Shown piece after piece: positions 1 through 11,640 of a stretch of 64,000 nt of DNA; the first letter of the stretch is position 1; each line of letters begins with the position of its first letter. Below the pieces are notes generated by a model, which was not told where the DNA came from, did no database searches, and was given only the letters and a program-made list of their open reading frames with translations. Source of the stretch: Antedon mediterranea (taxonomy: Eukaryota; Animalia; Echinodermata); assembly GCF_964355755.1 (NCBI RefSeq), contig NC_092672.1, positions 27,658,437 to 27,722,436 of the forward strand, read 5' to 3'. The translations under genes and the position numbers were made by a program.

Positions 1-202
1 GATCATTTTATTCTAAATGATCACCTAATAATAAAGATTTCATACAATAACAATAGGTGATCATTTTATTCTAAATGATCACCTAATAATAAAGATTTCG
101 TACAATAACAATAGGTCATCATTTTATTCTAAATGATCACCTAATAATAAAGATTTCATACAATAACAATAGGTCATCATTTTATTCTAAATGATCACCT
201 AC
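1..202 (-). repeat. About 59-bp tandem array = stacked 5' heads of a Helentron-like element, reverse orientation
   Basis: About 3.5 copies of gatcattttattctaaatgatcacctaataataaagatttcatacaataacaataggt, the reverse complement of the element head at 661-720. Confidence 0.75.
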
Positions 203-256
203 AAAGACGTCATTTGATAAATTTGTATTCATAATATGAACTGTATGTTGTTTTAG

Positions 257-388
257 ATTGCCCAACACCCAAATGGGGCGCCGATTGCGACAAAGATTGC
301 CCAGTTTGTTATAATGGAGGAGTATGTCATACAATCAACGGGACATGTTTATGCCCGTCTGGGTTTATGGGTGATGACTGTAGTGAAC
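257..388 (+). CDS. Exon, Tie-type EGF repeat 1 (module A)
   Basis: ttttag|...|gtacgt; CPTPKWGADCDKDCPVCYNGGVCHTINGTCLCPSGFMGDDCSE. Confidence 0.9.
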
Positions 389-3300
389 GTACGTATCGGG
401 TTTTTTTTTATTTCGAATATTTATTGCTATTAAAAAAAAATTGAATATACAAAATCAGAAAAAGAGTCATTTTTTTTTGTTTTTAAAGCATGTGGTGACA
501 ATAACTGGGGACGTTCCTGTTCAGAAATTTGCAGTAGTTCAAATAGAGGTTGCGACGCCATTTTGTTCTGTTTGCCTGAACCATTAGGGTGCTCATGTAT
601 GGCTGGGTTCAAAGGGCCGGATTGCAACGAATGTAAGTATAAGGACAAGATAAGTGTTGTTTTTAGGTGATCATTTAGAATAAAATGATCACCTATTGTT
701 ATTGTACAAAATCTTTATTATTATTGGTTATCCGCCTCAAGCGGATAACCTTTGTTATTGTAGTGTTTCTTTTTTTTTTTTATTGGTTATCCGCCTCAAG
801 CGGATAAGCATTTGTTATTGTAGTGTTACTTTTTTTTTTTTTTTATTATTCTTCTTTCTTTCTCAGATTTTGTGCACGCGTTTTCTCTTGAACGTGTTAA
901 CATAACATTTTGTAACTTGGTCAACATATAGACAATTAACTGAAGATGTACTGCCAAGCTTTTTGACAATGTCAGATCCGCGTAGCGTAAGTTACGCGCG
1001 ATTTTCTGAAAATCTTAAATCGGTCATAACTTCGAAACCGATAAATATTTTTTAACGAAATTTTCAGCCACGTTTTCTTCACATCAATGGCTAACTTTTG
1101 GAATGTTTAACAAATTTTTGGAGATTAGAAAGTTTTCGCGTAAATTGCGTTTGAAATATTTTACTCTTCTTATTTTGTGCACGCTGTTTCTCTTCAACGT
1201 GTAAACATAATATGTTGTAACTTGTTCAGCATTTAGACATTTTACTGAAGTTGTCCAGCCAAGCTTTCTGACGATGTCAGAGCCGCGTAGCGTAAGTTAC
1301 GCGTGATTTTCTGAAAATCTTAAATTGGTTATAACTTCGAAACAAATGAATATTTGTTAACGTCATTTTCAGCCACGTTTGCTTCTCATCAATAGTTAAC
1401 TTTTTTAACGCTACCGCAATTTGTAACATTAGAAAGTGCGCGCGTAAATGGCGTTTGAAATTTTAAAATGCTTCAAATCAATTTCTGATTAAATTAGAGT
1501 ACGATTCAGGTCATTTTAAGCGTTAAAAAAATTGCCACTGGTGCGCACATTTTTACGCGCGCACGGCGCAGGGAACACGTATGAACATTTCTTTTGCACG
1601 ATTTGTGTTTTTAAATCTTCGGTTAACAATTTTACGTTATTTTATTCACTTTTCAACTTGAAATGGCTTTCTACGAGCACGTTAAACATGATAGGTTGCG
1701 CACGAAAACGTCAACAAATTGTGAAAATGTTGCAAAATATGTCTACTTTTAAAAATGAAACAGTTCATCAGAATGCAAGGTTACCCCAATTTTTTATTTT
1801 ATTTTCTTGCAGTGTATTAATCATAGGTCTAATTTATTATAGTCTTGAATGTTAAAAAGTGTTTGATAGCTACATTATTTGCATATTAAATGTAATTTTT
1901 GAAATAATTATCATCAAACTAACATAAACATATTCAAAGAGTAAAACAATATACATAACGTTTATCTTTTTTCTTTACATGTTAATATATAAAACTTGAA
2001 AGTATGCACTTTCATAATATGTTACTGTTTAAAATTTGTGAAGATTTCATCATAGTAAAAATTATGATTTAAGTTCGATATGTAATAATCAACTTGCATC
2101 GAGGGGGTTCACGACATACCGAATGAACGAGGACTCTTTCTTCGGATTTTCTTCAGCAGGTTCTCATATGGCTCGATGTGTAGTGCAACCGACTTTGGTA
2201 TCAGAGGTACCGGGATCGAATCCCATCACGGGAAAGCAATTAAATAAAAAGATTTGTTTGGTTAATACACTGAAAGGGCAGTTTTAATTTTGAATAGGCT
2301 ACTTTTTGGAAAAGTCACAACTGAAAAGTACTTGAATGCGCAAGATATGTTTTGTTGCGGGCGGATAACCAAACTCGTCCTCAAGTGACGAGTTTAGATC
2401 TAGTTATTCTTCTTTCTTTCCGCCACTTTTGTTCGCGACGTTTCTCTTCAACGTGTTAACATAACATGTTGTAACTTGGTCAACATTTAGACATTTAACT
2501 GAAGTTGTGCAGCCAAGCTTTTGGACGCTGTCAGACACGCGTAGCGTAAGTTACGCGCGATTTTCTGAAAATCTTAAATCGGTCATAACTTCGAAACCGA
2601 TAAATATTTTTTAACAAAGTTTTCAGCCACGTTTTCTTCACATCAATGGCTAACTTTTTCGATCGCTAGTAAATTTTTGGAGACTAGAAAATTTTCGCGT
2701 AAATTGCGTTTGAAATTTTAAAATTCTCCAAATTTGTACACGCTGTTTCTCTGCAACGCGTTAACATAACATGTTGTAACTTGGTCAACATATTGACATC
2801 TAACTGAAATTGTGCAGCCAAGCTTTTGGACGCTGTCAGAGGCGCGTATCGTAAGTTACGCGCGATTTTCTGAAAATCTTAAATTGATCATAACTTTGAA
2901 AGAGATAAATATTTTTTAACGTAATTTTCAGCCACGTTTGCTTCACATCAATTGTTAACTTTTTTAACCCTAACGAATTTTGTAACATTCGAAAGTGCGC
3001 GCGTAAACGGCGTTTGAAATTTTAAAATGCTTGAAATTAATTTCTGATTAAATTAGAGCACGATTCAGGTCATTTTAAGCGTTTAAAAAATTGCCACTGG
3101 TGCGCACATTTTTACGCGCGCACGGCGCAGGGAACGCGTATGAGCATTTCTTTTACACGATTTATGTTTTTAAATCTTTGGTTAACAATTTTACGTTATT
3201 TTATTCACTATTCAACTTGAAATGGCGTTCTACGAGCACGTTAAAAATGACTGGTTGCGCAGAAAAACGTCAAAAAATTGTGAAAATGTTGCAAAATATG

Positions 3301-6300
3301 TCTACTTTTAAAAACGATACAGTTCATCAGAATGCAAGGTTACACCTATTTTTTATTTTTATTTCTTGCAGTTTATGAATCATAGATCTGATTTATAATA
3401 ATTTTTAATGTTAAAACGTGTTTGCTGGCTACACTATTTGCATATTAAATATAATTTTTGAAATTGTTATCATCAAACAAACGATAACATTTTCAAAGAG
3501 CAAAACAATAGACATAACTGTTATATTTTTTCTTCACATGTTAATATATAAAACTTGAAAGTATGCTCTTTCATAATATGTCACTGTTTAAAATTTATGA
3601 AGATTTCATCATAGTAAAACTTATGATTTAGTTCGATATGTAATAATCAACTTGCATCGAGGGAGTTCACGACATACCGAACGAACGAGTAATCTTTCTT
3701 CGGATTTTCTTCGGCAGGTGCTCATATGGCTCGATGTGTAGTGCAACCGACTTTGGTATCAGAGGTACCGGGATCGAGTCCCGTCACGGGAAAAAAATTA
3801 AATATAAGGATTTATTTGGTTGTTACACTGAAAACGCAGTTTTAATTTCGAATAGGCTACTTTTTTGGAAAAGCCAAAAACTGAAAAATACTTGAATGCT
3901 CAAGATACGTTTTGTTGCGGGCGGATAACCAAACTCGTCCTCAAGTGACGAGTTCAGATCTAGTTGTTATTCTTCTTTCTGTACACTTTTTGTTCATCAA
4001 ATATCTCAAAAAGTTGAATAGCAATGATCACAAAAATTTCACAATGTCTTTCAAATACTTTAACTTAGCCATAATAAGCTTTTCAGCGTGATCACTCAAC
4101 CGTGACGTCACGTATACGCGATTTTGTGAAATCACATTATCAATCATATATCCATAATTCATTATCACATATTTTTGAAATTCACTACACGTAAACTTCA
4201 GGTCAAGGGTAAAAATATTAGCAAGTAAAAACGCGCGCGCACGTAGGGTCATGCGCGTGGAATCGCGCAGTAAAAATTTAAAAAGCTCAAAATTACGTTT
4301 TAATCAATTTAGAGCATGAATTAGGCCAATTGCGTGTTTCAAAAAATTACTGCGCAAAAAAAATATTTTGCGCGCGCGATACTTACAAAGCGTAAAAATT
4401 GCAATTTTTTTATACAAATCGCGTTCTACTCACCATCCTTAGTACATTCACCAAATTTGAGTCAGTTCCGACTTAAAATAACGCTATACGAGCAGGTTAA
4501 AAATAACAAAATGCGCAAATTAATTGCATCAAAGTGCTGAAAATGGTGAAAAATAAGGCCTTTTTAAAATGAATATAACTCTTCAGAATGGCAGGTGACC
4601 CCCAATTTTTTTATATTATTCGGGAAGCCATTGGGTTGTAGATACATATTCATGTACACATTAGACGTACAAAATGGTATGACGTCATCAAATGGCCACT
4701 TCAATTTAAAAATTAGTAATTTTTATCTTTTTGTGTGGGTTATCACATTCAATAGAGCGCATCTCCGTTATTTGAGCCCGGTTTTCGCCGAAATTTTAGT
4801 ATGTGCTTGCTCAATTAATTATCTTTCTCAAAAGTTGTCAACATTTTTATTTTGATGACGTCATCATGTGTAAAAATTTTAATAACCAAGGTCGTGTAAT
4901 TTCAGCTACACCATACATTTGAATATGTTATAGCTCTTCAGAATTAAAGGTGACCTTGAAGATTATAATTTATTATGAAAGCTGAATAAATGTAGATATG
5001 AATTCATATAAAAATTAAGCCCATTGGATGTTGTGATGTTATCATATGGCCAGTTGAAGTTAAAACGTTGTTTTTAAATTTCTTTAGTCAAAGTTATACA
5101 AATTTCAAAGAGCGCGCATTGCGCTTCTACGTGTCAAATTATCTTCCAATCCTTATATTTATTTGCTCAATTCATTATCTTTCGAAATTGTCATCTTCGA
5201 GTTTATTTTGATAATTCCATCGTACCAAAAAAATTGAACATGATGTGGGTCCCGTAATTTCACCTATGCTACACTGAATATAGATATACAGTATATACTG
5301 TACATATTGTATATGACACATGATAGGCACAACTCAGCACTATAGCGTATATCAGGATGGTATACATCAACATTTTCCTATTGTATGTTAACGTACGTGC
5401 ATGTTTAAAAAATATTAATGTCAGTAAAGCGATAAAAATGATCACCTATAATTCGTCAAAGTGACGAATTAAATTCTAGTTTACTTTAGTTTTTCTCTCT
5501 CTTCAATTAGAAAGGAAGCAACTTATGGTTTCTCTCTTATTATTCCAAGTGTGTCCATACGGGACGTTTGGCGCCGACTGTAAGAGTTTGTGCCACTGCA
5601 AGTTTAACGCCTGTGATAGGTCAATGGGATGTATGAATATAACATGCAATGAAGGTTTCAGTGGACCACAATGTCAAGGTAAAGATATTTAATACATCTG
5701 ACGTCATCTACAATTCTGTGACGTCGTAAAACGTCATACAATTTGTGTTTGTTTAATACGGTGAATATACACGAATAACCTATATACAGTAGGATGACAA
5801 AATGGCTGTTTTGTTGCAGATTATGATTATTCGACACCATGTCCCGATGGTTTCTACGGAAAATTGTGCCAGTATAAATGTCACTGTTCTATGACGCCAG
5901 GATGTCTGAAGAATGGAACTTGTCTCTTTGGTTGCCAAGAAGGTTGGGGTGGCGAGGACTGTCAATTTGGTAACTTATAATATTATCTTGAGTGTGCACC
6001 ATTGCCATAGGTAATACAGTACATATCTATACCAACATACTCTGTGTTTTGATTGTTTTTAACATACATTCAACAGCGAGTAACATCACTTGCCAACAAT
6101 TTTGCGCAAATTCGGCCTGAAATTTTAAAAACAAATTTGACACTACAGTGCCCCAAATCATAAACTCGTATTTAAAAAGAAATGAATATAAACTACAAGG
6201 ACAGAAAAAAATGAACGCCCTAAAAGAACAATAAGGTAAAACAACAGAATTGAAATTGTTGATAAGCTTTTCACTGTTTGTATTTGCAGCTATCCCAGCT

Positions 6301-9300
6301 CTTCTCAATCCTCCACGCATCTTAAGATCTAATTTCCACAGTGTTCATCTTGAATGGGATGAATGGGAAGTTCACAAAGACTACGGGCTGGGAAACGTTA
6401 CCGGGTATCGTCTGTTTTATCGGTATACAACGCCCTCTGAAGGTGTAGTACGATCTGGCGATTATACAGAGGGCACAGAACTGGTACTGCGTGAGCTTAA
6501 TCCTTGCAGACGATACGAGATATTTATTCGAGCGTATAGAACCATATCTGGTGAGCTATTCATTGGAAGACCCAGTTCATCAGTATTTTATGACATGGCT
6601 TGTAATTGTAAGTAGCAATATAACTTCATACTTTTAAGACAAATACTAAGTAGCCTATCTATTTACTCTATCCTCTTCAAGATTAAAACTTGTGATTAGG
6701 CCTATCTTGTTTAGATGATGAGTTCCATCCAATACACACACGAGGCATGTTGGCCTACTATACTTTGACACAATGTTAATCCGAATTAGTTTCTTCAACA
6801 GACGGCAGCGTCGGAGTAACGTTAATGGCACATCCAGCAGTTGTCGATATTTACAACAAAACTGACAATGTTAACATCTTTGTTTACTCCGGAGCTCTCT
6901 CTACAAACATGAGGCTACGACGTACTTGTAGTACTGGTGCAGCTGATGTCATTGGTCGACCTGTGTCTTGGTTTGACGGAAGTCCGTACCCAGGATCACA
7001 CGTTTTGCCAACTATGATGTTTCCTGAGAATACAATGATTGAAACAGTTGCCGAGTTTGAATACCACGCCCTCATTGCCAAAATTCCAGGAGAATCTTCT
7101 TTCGCCAAAAGTGGTGCCTTTTCTGCTGACATTCTAGGGATATGGGCGTTGCCAAGTCAGTCTACAATTATCATCTTGGATACAAATGGTAATGTGGTCA
7201 ATTGCAAACATTTCTCTATTGTAATGTTTTATTAGTAGGCCTACATCTTATAACGTAAGACATAATGTTTTAAATGATGACGGGTTTTTTAGTACTAGAC
7301 CTACGCCATAACAGAAAATGTAAGATATTTGTAATTTTGATTTTGGCCAAAAAGGATCAAATTTACAAAATGTGTTATTACTTACTTTAATAAATAAAGG
7401 ATTGTTGTACGCTGCTTATAAAAACTCCAAATGGAATAAAATAGACGGATATAGTATAGTTTCAAAGAAAAAAGTCAGGTTTTAGTGAATATTAAATTGC
7501 GTTTCCTTCTTCGTTTACTTATTTGTTATCATCTACATTTCAGCCAACGTTAAGCCTGTGGAGAGAACAGTTGTAGTTGGAACTGGTGATAGAATTATTC
7601 TCTCTGTAACCACTGACAGCAATACAACGGGACTAAGATGGCGCTATAATGGTGGTAACGGAATCAAAGAATGGAAAGACAAGGGTACAGTGATCATTGA
7701 GCATGCGCGAACCAAAGATAGTGGAATTTACGAATGCCACTTTCTAGCGAAACGAAATCAAGGAAACCATGCAATTATTCAATTAAATGTTAAAGGTAGG
7801 TTTTTAATGAAAGTATAAGAAGTTACAATTAAGACTAATGATGTATTTTAAAATCATACTATAATTATTGTTAAAGAGTTACTTGGTTGTTTTCATTCCA
7901 TTATAAGTCATGTTGCATCGTCATTCTAATGATAAATGTTCGGTGTTCTGATACATCTTAATTCAGTAACTTCTTAGCTGCACATCATGAGTAGTTTAAT
8001 AACTTAAAATAAACGGTTTTAACATCACTATGTATTTTGTTACAGATTGTCCATTGGGAAAATATGGACCTGACTGTGCATTAAATTGTCCAGTATGTTA
8101 CAACGGAGGGATTTGTGACGCTCAGACGTCATTGTGTGTCTGTCCAAGTGGTTTCACTGGAAACGATTGTTCAGAGGGTTTGTTACTTGACAATTATTAG
8201 GTGTTGCATGTTTAATTATTTTTTCGTCTCAATATAATATAATAGCCCTAAACGTTTGTCGGTGCCAACATATTTGTACGTAATTTATAGCAAATGTGTG
8301 ATGAAAGTGTTTTGCAACATGGTGTAAGCATTTACTTCGTCCATGTTTGCGTGTAGAAGTAGAAATCATTTCACACTTCATTCAATTCAATTCTAAACAT
8401 TCAAAGGATGTTAAATAAAGCTTCATTTGTTTCAATTAGTATGTAATTCTGGATATTGGGGAGAAGATTGTTCTTTGAATTGTGACAATGAAGATAATGG
8501 TTGTAGAGGCAACTTATTCTGTCCTGCTTCACCACTTGGTTGTGCTTGTTTGCCGGGATTTCATGGACATGACTGCAATGAAGGTAATAAAGATGGAAAT
8601 AGTTTTCTTTAGATATTCCTTGAAGCTAAGCAAAAACAACTTAAAGAACCAAACAATAAAATGAATCGACAGCATGACCAACATATTTGGATTGTCCAAT
8701 TGATTTTAAATTTTGGGTCTTTGCTAATTTCATTACGGCCTAAATACACATGGACGGCAAGCTCTACCGTCCTGCTGCCATTTCACTGTCAGGCTAGCAA
8801 GATATTCTTCATCCACTGTATCTGTCAATCTAGCTTAAATATTAATAATATCGTATGGTAATTTGTAAATATGACAATAATTTATAGATTTTCATTTCAG
8901 TATGCAGTGAGGGTTACTACGGAGCAGACTGTAAGCAAGTATGCAATTGTCCAGCAGACAATTGTGACTCAGTTACAGGGTGCGAGATTGAATCATGTTT
9001 CCCGGGATTTCATGGACCTCAATGCCAAGGTAGGCTAAGCTCATCAGTTGAATTGTTCCATGATGACTTGTTGTTCGTTGTACTATAAGGAATAAACTTT
9101 GCGTATATGCTAAATATTGGAATACTCAAGTGTACTTCACTCTGCTTCCTCTCTAAAGTAAATTGATGTAGGCTTAAAAGATTGGAGGGTGAGTATAGTG
9201 AGAGTTAGGCGCTATCAAACTATCTTGATGGAAGAGGTTGAATACCGTAGACGGGATAGTTTAGACTAATAGCTAGCCAGACCTTTTAAGCTTGGGAAAT

Positions 9301-10358
9301 ACTATACAATTTTTTTTTTTTGCAGAGCATGTAAACGTATCTTGTACAAATGGTACTTTTGGACGTCTTTGTAATCAACATTGCCATTGTCAAAATTCAG
9401 ATTCCTGTTATAGCAACGGCACATGCGCAGATGGAGTGTGTGACGAAGAATGGGGCGGTTATGATTGTCAAATAGGTAACTAACGGTTATTTTAATTTAT
9501 TATTATTTAATTTTTTTCGATAACATTTTCTTGTGCAACTTGAAATTGTCTGCATTTTTATCTTAATTAGCATTACCATACCTCGAACATGGTCCTACAT
9601 TGTATGTTTCGCCAAACCGTCGAGAGATTACAGTCAGCTGGTTTGATTGGGTATTTGGTCGGGATTTCGGAACTGGTCCAGTCGTATCCTATGAAGTATT
9701 ATACAAGGACTCTATCAACGGGAACTACACAACGACTGGAGTTACAACGACTACTAAGTTTATATTGAATAAACTGAAACCAGGAAAACAGTATAACGTT
9801 GCTATCAAATGTCTAAAGGATGTTGATGGACAGATGACGTCTGGACCATTAAGTCCAGCAAGTGCTGTCTCAACCTGTAAATTATCAGGTAAAATACTAC
9901 ATGTAGACGTGTACTAAGTTAGTTTACTAGACGCATGACAGCCGTTCACAACTGGATATATACGCATAATAATGGTCATTTATTTGAGAACCACGTTTCT
10001 GATTGTATAGTATAGAGAATAGTAATACAGTACATAGATATAACATTCCCATTGTAATTAAAATTGCCTTCGTCAGGAAAATAAAATTACATTGACGTTC
10101 CTAACAATGTTATGCAAAACAATAAAACAAGGTCTAGCACACAATGTGGAGCTTTCGATTTGCGTCGAACGATGACCTATGAACTGTTACGTCATAATTC
10201 ATCATGCGCAGAATAGGACATTTGAACGTGCTTTCTCACTCAATTTTCCAGGAGACGAACAGCGACATAATAATTGGTCTAGATTGTCACAAATTGAACG
10301 CCTCCTAATAACTAATATAACGTTTACAAGAACGTTTCTTTTTATTTCAGATGTGTAG
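257..10358 (+). CDS. Multi-exon Tie/TEK-ectodomain-like protein (5' end outside window): EGFx4-FN3-Ig-Ig-EGFx4-FN3, no TM/kinase seen
   Basis: 13 AG/GT-bounded exons joined by phase-1 introns give an open frame: 257-388, 489-632, 5550-5678, 5820-5969, 6290-6607, 6802-7188, 7544-7795, 8046-8177, 8440-8583, 8901-9029, 9326-9475, 9571-9888 and a probable last exon 10351-10358 (D-V-stop). Tie-like motifs: KWGADC..CPVCYNGGVC..CLCPSGFMG, FCLPEPLGCSC, DFGTGPV, GAFS...KPVERTVVVGTGD. Confidence 0.85.
489..632 (+). CDS. Exon, Tie-type EGF repeat 2 (module A)
   Basis: aaag|...|gtaagt; CGDNNWGRSCSEICSSSNRGCDAILFCLPEPLGCSCMAGFKGPDCNE. Confidence 0.9.
724..3963 (+). mobile_element. Two nested ~1.6-kb Helentron-like elements (GGTTATCCGCC family): 783-2403 inside 724-3963
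   Basis: Heads ggttatccgcctcaagcggataa at 724 and 783; tails ggcggataaccaaactcgtcctcaagtgacgagtt..gatctag ending 2403 and 3963; bodies closely similar, each with an internal ~310-bp duplication. Confidence 0.75.
2158..2232 (+). other. tRNA-derived (Pol III A/B box) segment inside Helentron-like element; second copy about 3717-3791
   Basis: TGGCTCGATGTG (A-box-like) and GGATCGAATCC (B-box-like) at tRNA spacing; no clean cloverleaf. Confidence 0.5.
5550..5969 (+). CDS. Two EGF exons (5550-5678, 5820-5969; module A)
   Basis: CPYGTFGADCKSLCHC...GPQCQ and DYDYSTPCPDGFYGKLCQYKCHC...GWGGEDCQF; canonical splice sites. Confidence 0.88.
6290..6607 (+). CDS. Exon, fibronectin type III domain (module A)
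   Basis: Within ORF 6250..6615; VHLEW...GYRLFY...LRELNPCRRYEIFIRA; cag|...|gtaagt. Confidence 0.9.
6802..7795 (+). CDS. Two exons: Tie Ig1-like (6802-7188) and Ig2 domain (7544-7795)
   Basis: ORFs 6825..7235 and 7558..7818; LRWRYNG...DSGIYEC Ig motif; phase-1 splice sites. Confidence 0.85.
8046..9475 (+). CDS. Four EGF exons (8046-8177, 8440-8583, 8901-9029, 9326-9475; module B)
   Basis: Paralogous to module A exons with identical lengths 132/144/129/150 bp; e.g. CPVCYNGGIC, FCPASPLGCAC. Confidence 0.9.
9571..9888 (+). CDS. Exon, fibronectin type III domain (module B)
   Basis: ORF 9600..9917; ITVSW...SYEVLY...LNKLKPGKQYNVAI; 318 bp like the module A FN3 exon. Confidence 0.9.
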
Positions 10359-11299
10359 ACAAAAAGAAGCCAAAATCTTGTTATGTCTTTGAAAACTTTG
10401 TTAAGCCCATGTGCCATTAAGTGTTTAATTAATTATAGTAGTAAGTAGCCGTAGCAGGCTAAATATAACAATAATAAGTTTACGATAAAAAATAAATCAG
10501 CTCTTTAGAACAATATAACAGAATAATATCTAAATCAGGAGAAAGAAAGTTTTAATTACTGATCTAGTCGTCTATACTCAACGGAAATAAATTACATAAT
10601 GCCTATAGGACTAAAGTCACAGATATGTAAAAGTAATTAACGTATTACGTTAGGTTGTTAAATTACAGCACTATTGCTTCACTAAACTTAACTATATAGA
10701 TTAACAAAGTATTTAAAAAACACAAATTTTCAAAACCAGAGAACGTTGTAGTAGTACAATGCTCACATTATAATCTTATATAATCTTATAGTTAATAGTA
10801 TAACGAAAATAATATTATAATATCATTTATAGAATGAAATAAATTTCTCTACATTATCGGCGTTCTTTTAAAGTATTTTTTACTGATGGCAGGTAACGGT
10901 AGTGCCGACAAAGATGTACGCTTTGGGATTAAAATGGAGTGAGTTGTATCACTTGTAATATTGTACTTACTAATATTCCATCAGACTGCATCACCCGCCA
11001 TCCTTAATTTTTCTTGCTGAATTGCGAGCGGGTAAATCACAACGTATTTCAAGTAGTGATTGGGATAATATTCGATAACAAAAACACTTGCTAGAACATA
11101 GTTTGTAAGTATACCAAATGACACATATTCTTTGGTATACCATACTCAAGCAGCAAATCATTCCACTTGCATTGTACAGATGTGTATGTGCAAATGATTT
11201 GCATATTAATTGTGTTATAACGAAGAAAATTACAACACGTGATATTCACGGTAATGATAACGATAATGATGACAATGATAATGATTATGTTGAATATAA

Positions 11300-11384
11300 G
11301 GCTTGGTTCCCACTAGAGACGAAACCCACGGACGTCGGTTGTTTTTCTACGTCCTTGCGTTGCGACTCTAGTGTAAACCACGCT
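11300..11384. mobile_element. Small Harbinger-type MITE
   Basis: Imperfect TIR ggcttggttcccactagag / ctctagtgtaaaccacgct, TAA on both sides. Confidence 0.6.
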
Positions 11385-11486
11385 TAAATGATGTTAATGA
11401 TATTAGGATGATTGTGGTATGATGACTGATGATTATGACGACGATAAGGATTTGGAATTGGAATTTTTTGGCTTTGGTAAAATTGA

Positions 11487-11640
11487 AGCCCGGTTCCCAC
11501 TAGGGCGCAACGCAAGAACGTAAAGGCAACGCAAGCCTGTTGACTAATGGCAAGCGACAGTTCGAATAATCCATCGCTTGTGATTGGTCAACTCACGCTG
11601 CGTTACGTCCTTGTGTCGCGTCTCTTGTGGGAACAAAGCT
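11487..11640. mobile_element. Harbinger-type MITE, same family as 11300
   Basis: agcccggttcccactagg ... cttgtgggaacaaagct; largely palindromic; flanks TGA/TAA. Confidence 0.6.

Larger units (their letters stand above)
661..5479 (+). mobile_element. Non-autonomous Helentron/DINE-1-like element (outer, AGGTGATCATTT family) hosting two nested elements
   Basis: 5' T-run plus palindromic head aggtgatcattt...aaatgatcacct; 3' subterminal aaatgatcacct, hairpin aattcgtcaaagtgacgaatt and CTAG; T-rich site, no TSD. Confidence 0.7.

Noticed and set aside
1-202. CRISPR-like array of palindromic repeats
   Set aside because: The intervening sequences are near-identical rather than unique spacers, the context is a eukaryotic intron, and the unit equals a transposon head.
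1532-3378. Paralogous ORFs MPLVRTFLRAHGAG (107 and 95 aa)
   Set aside because: Non-ATG starts inside duplicated non-autonomous repeats; no recognisable domain.
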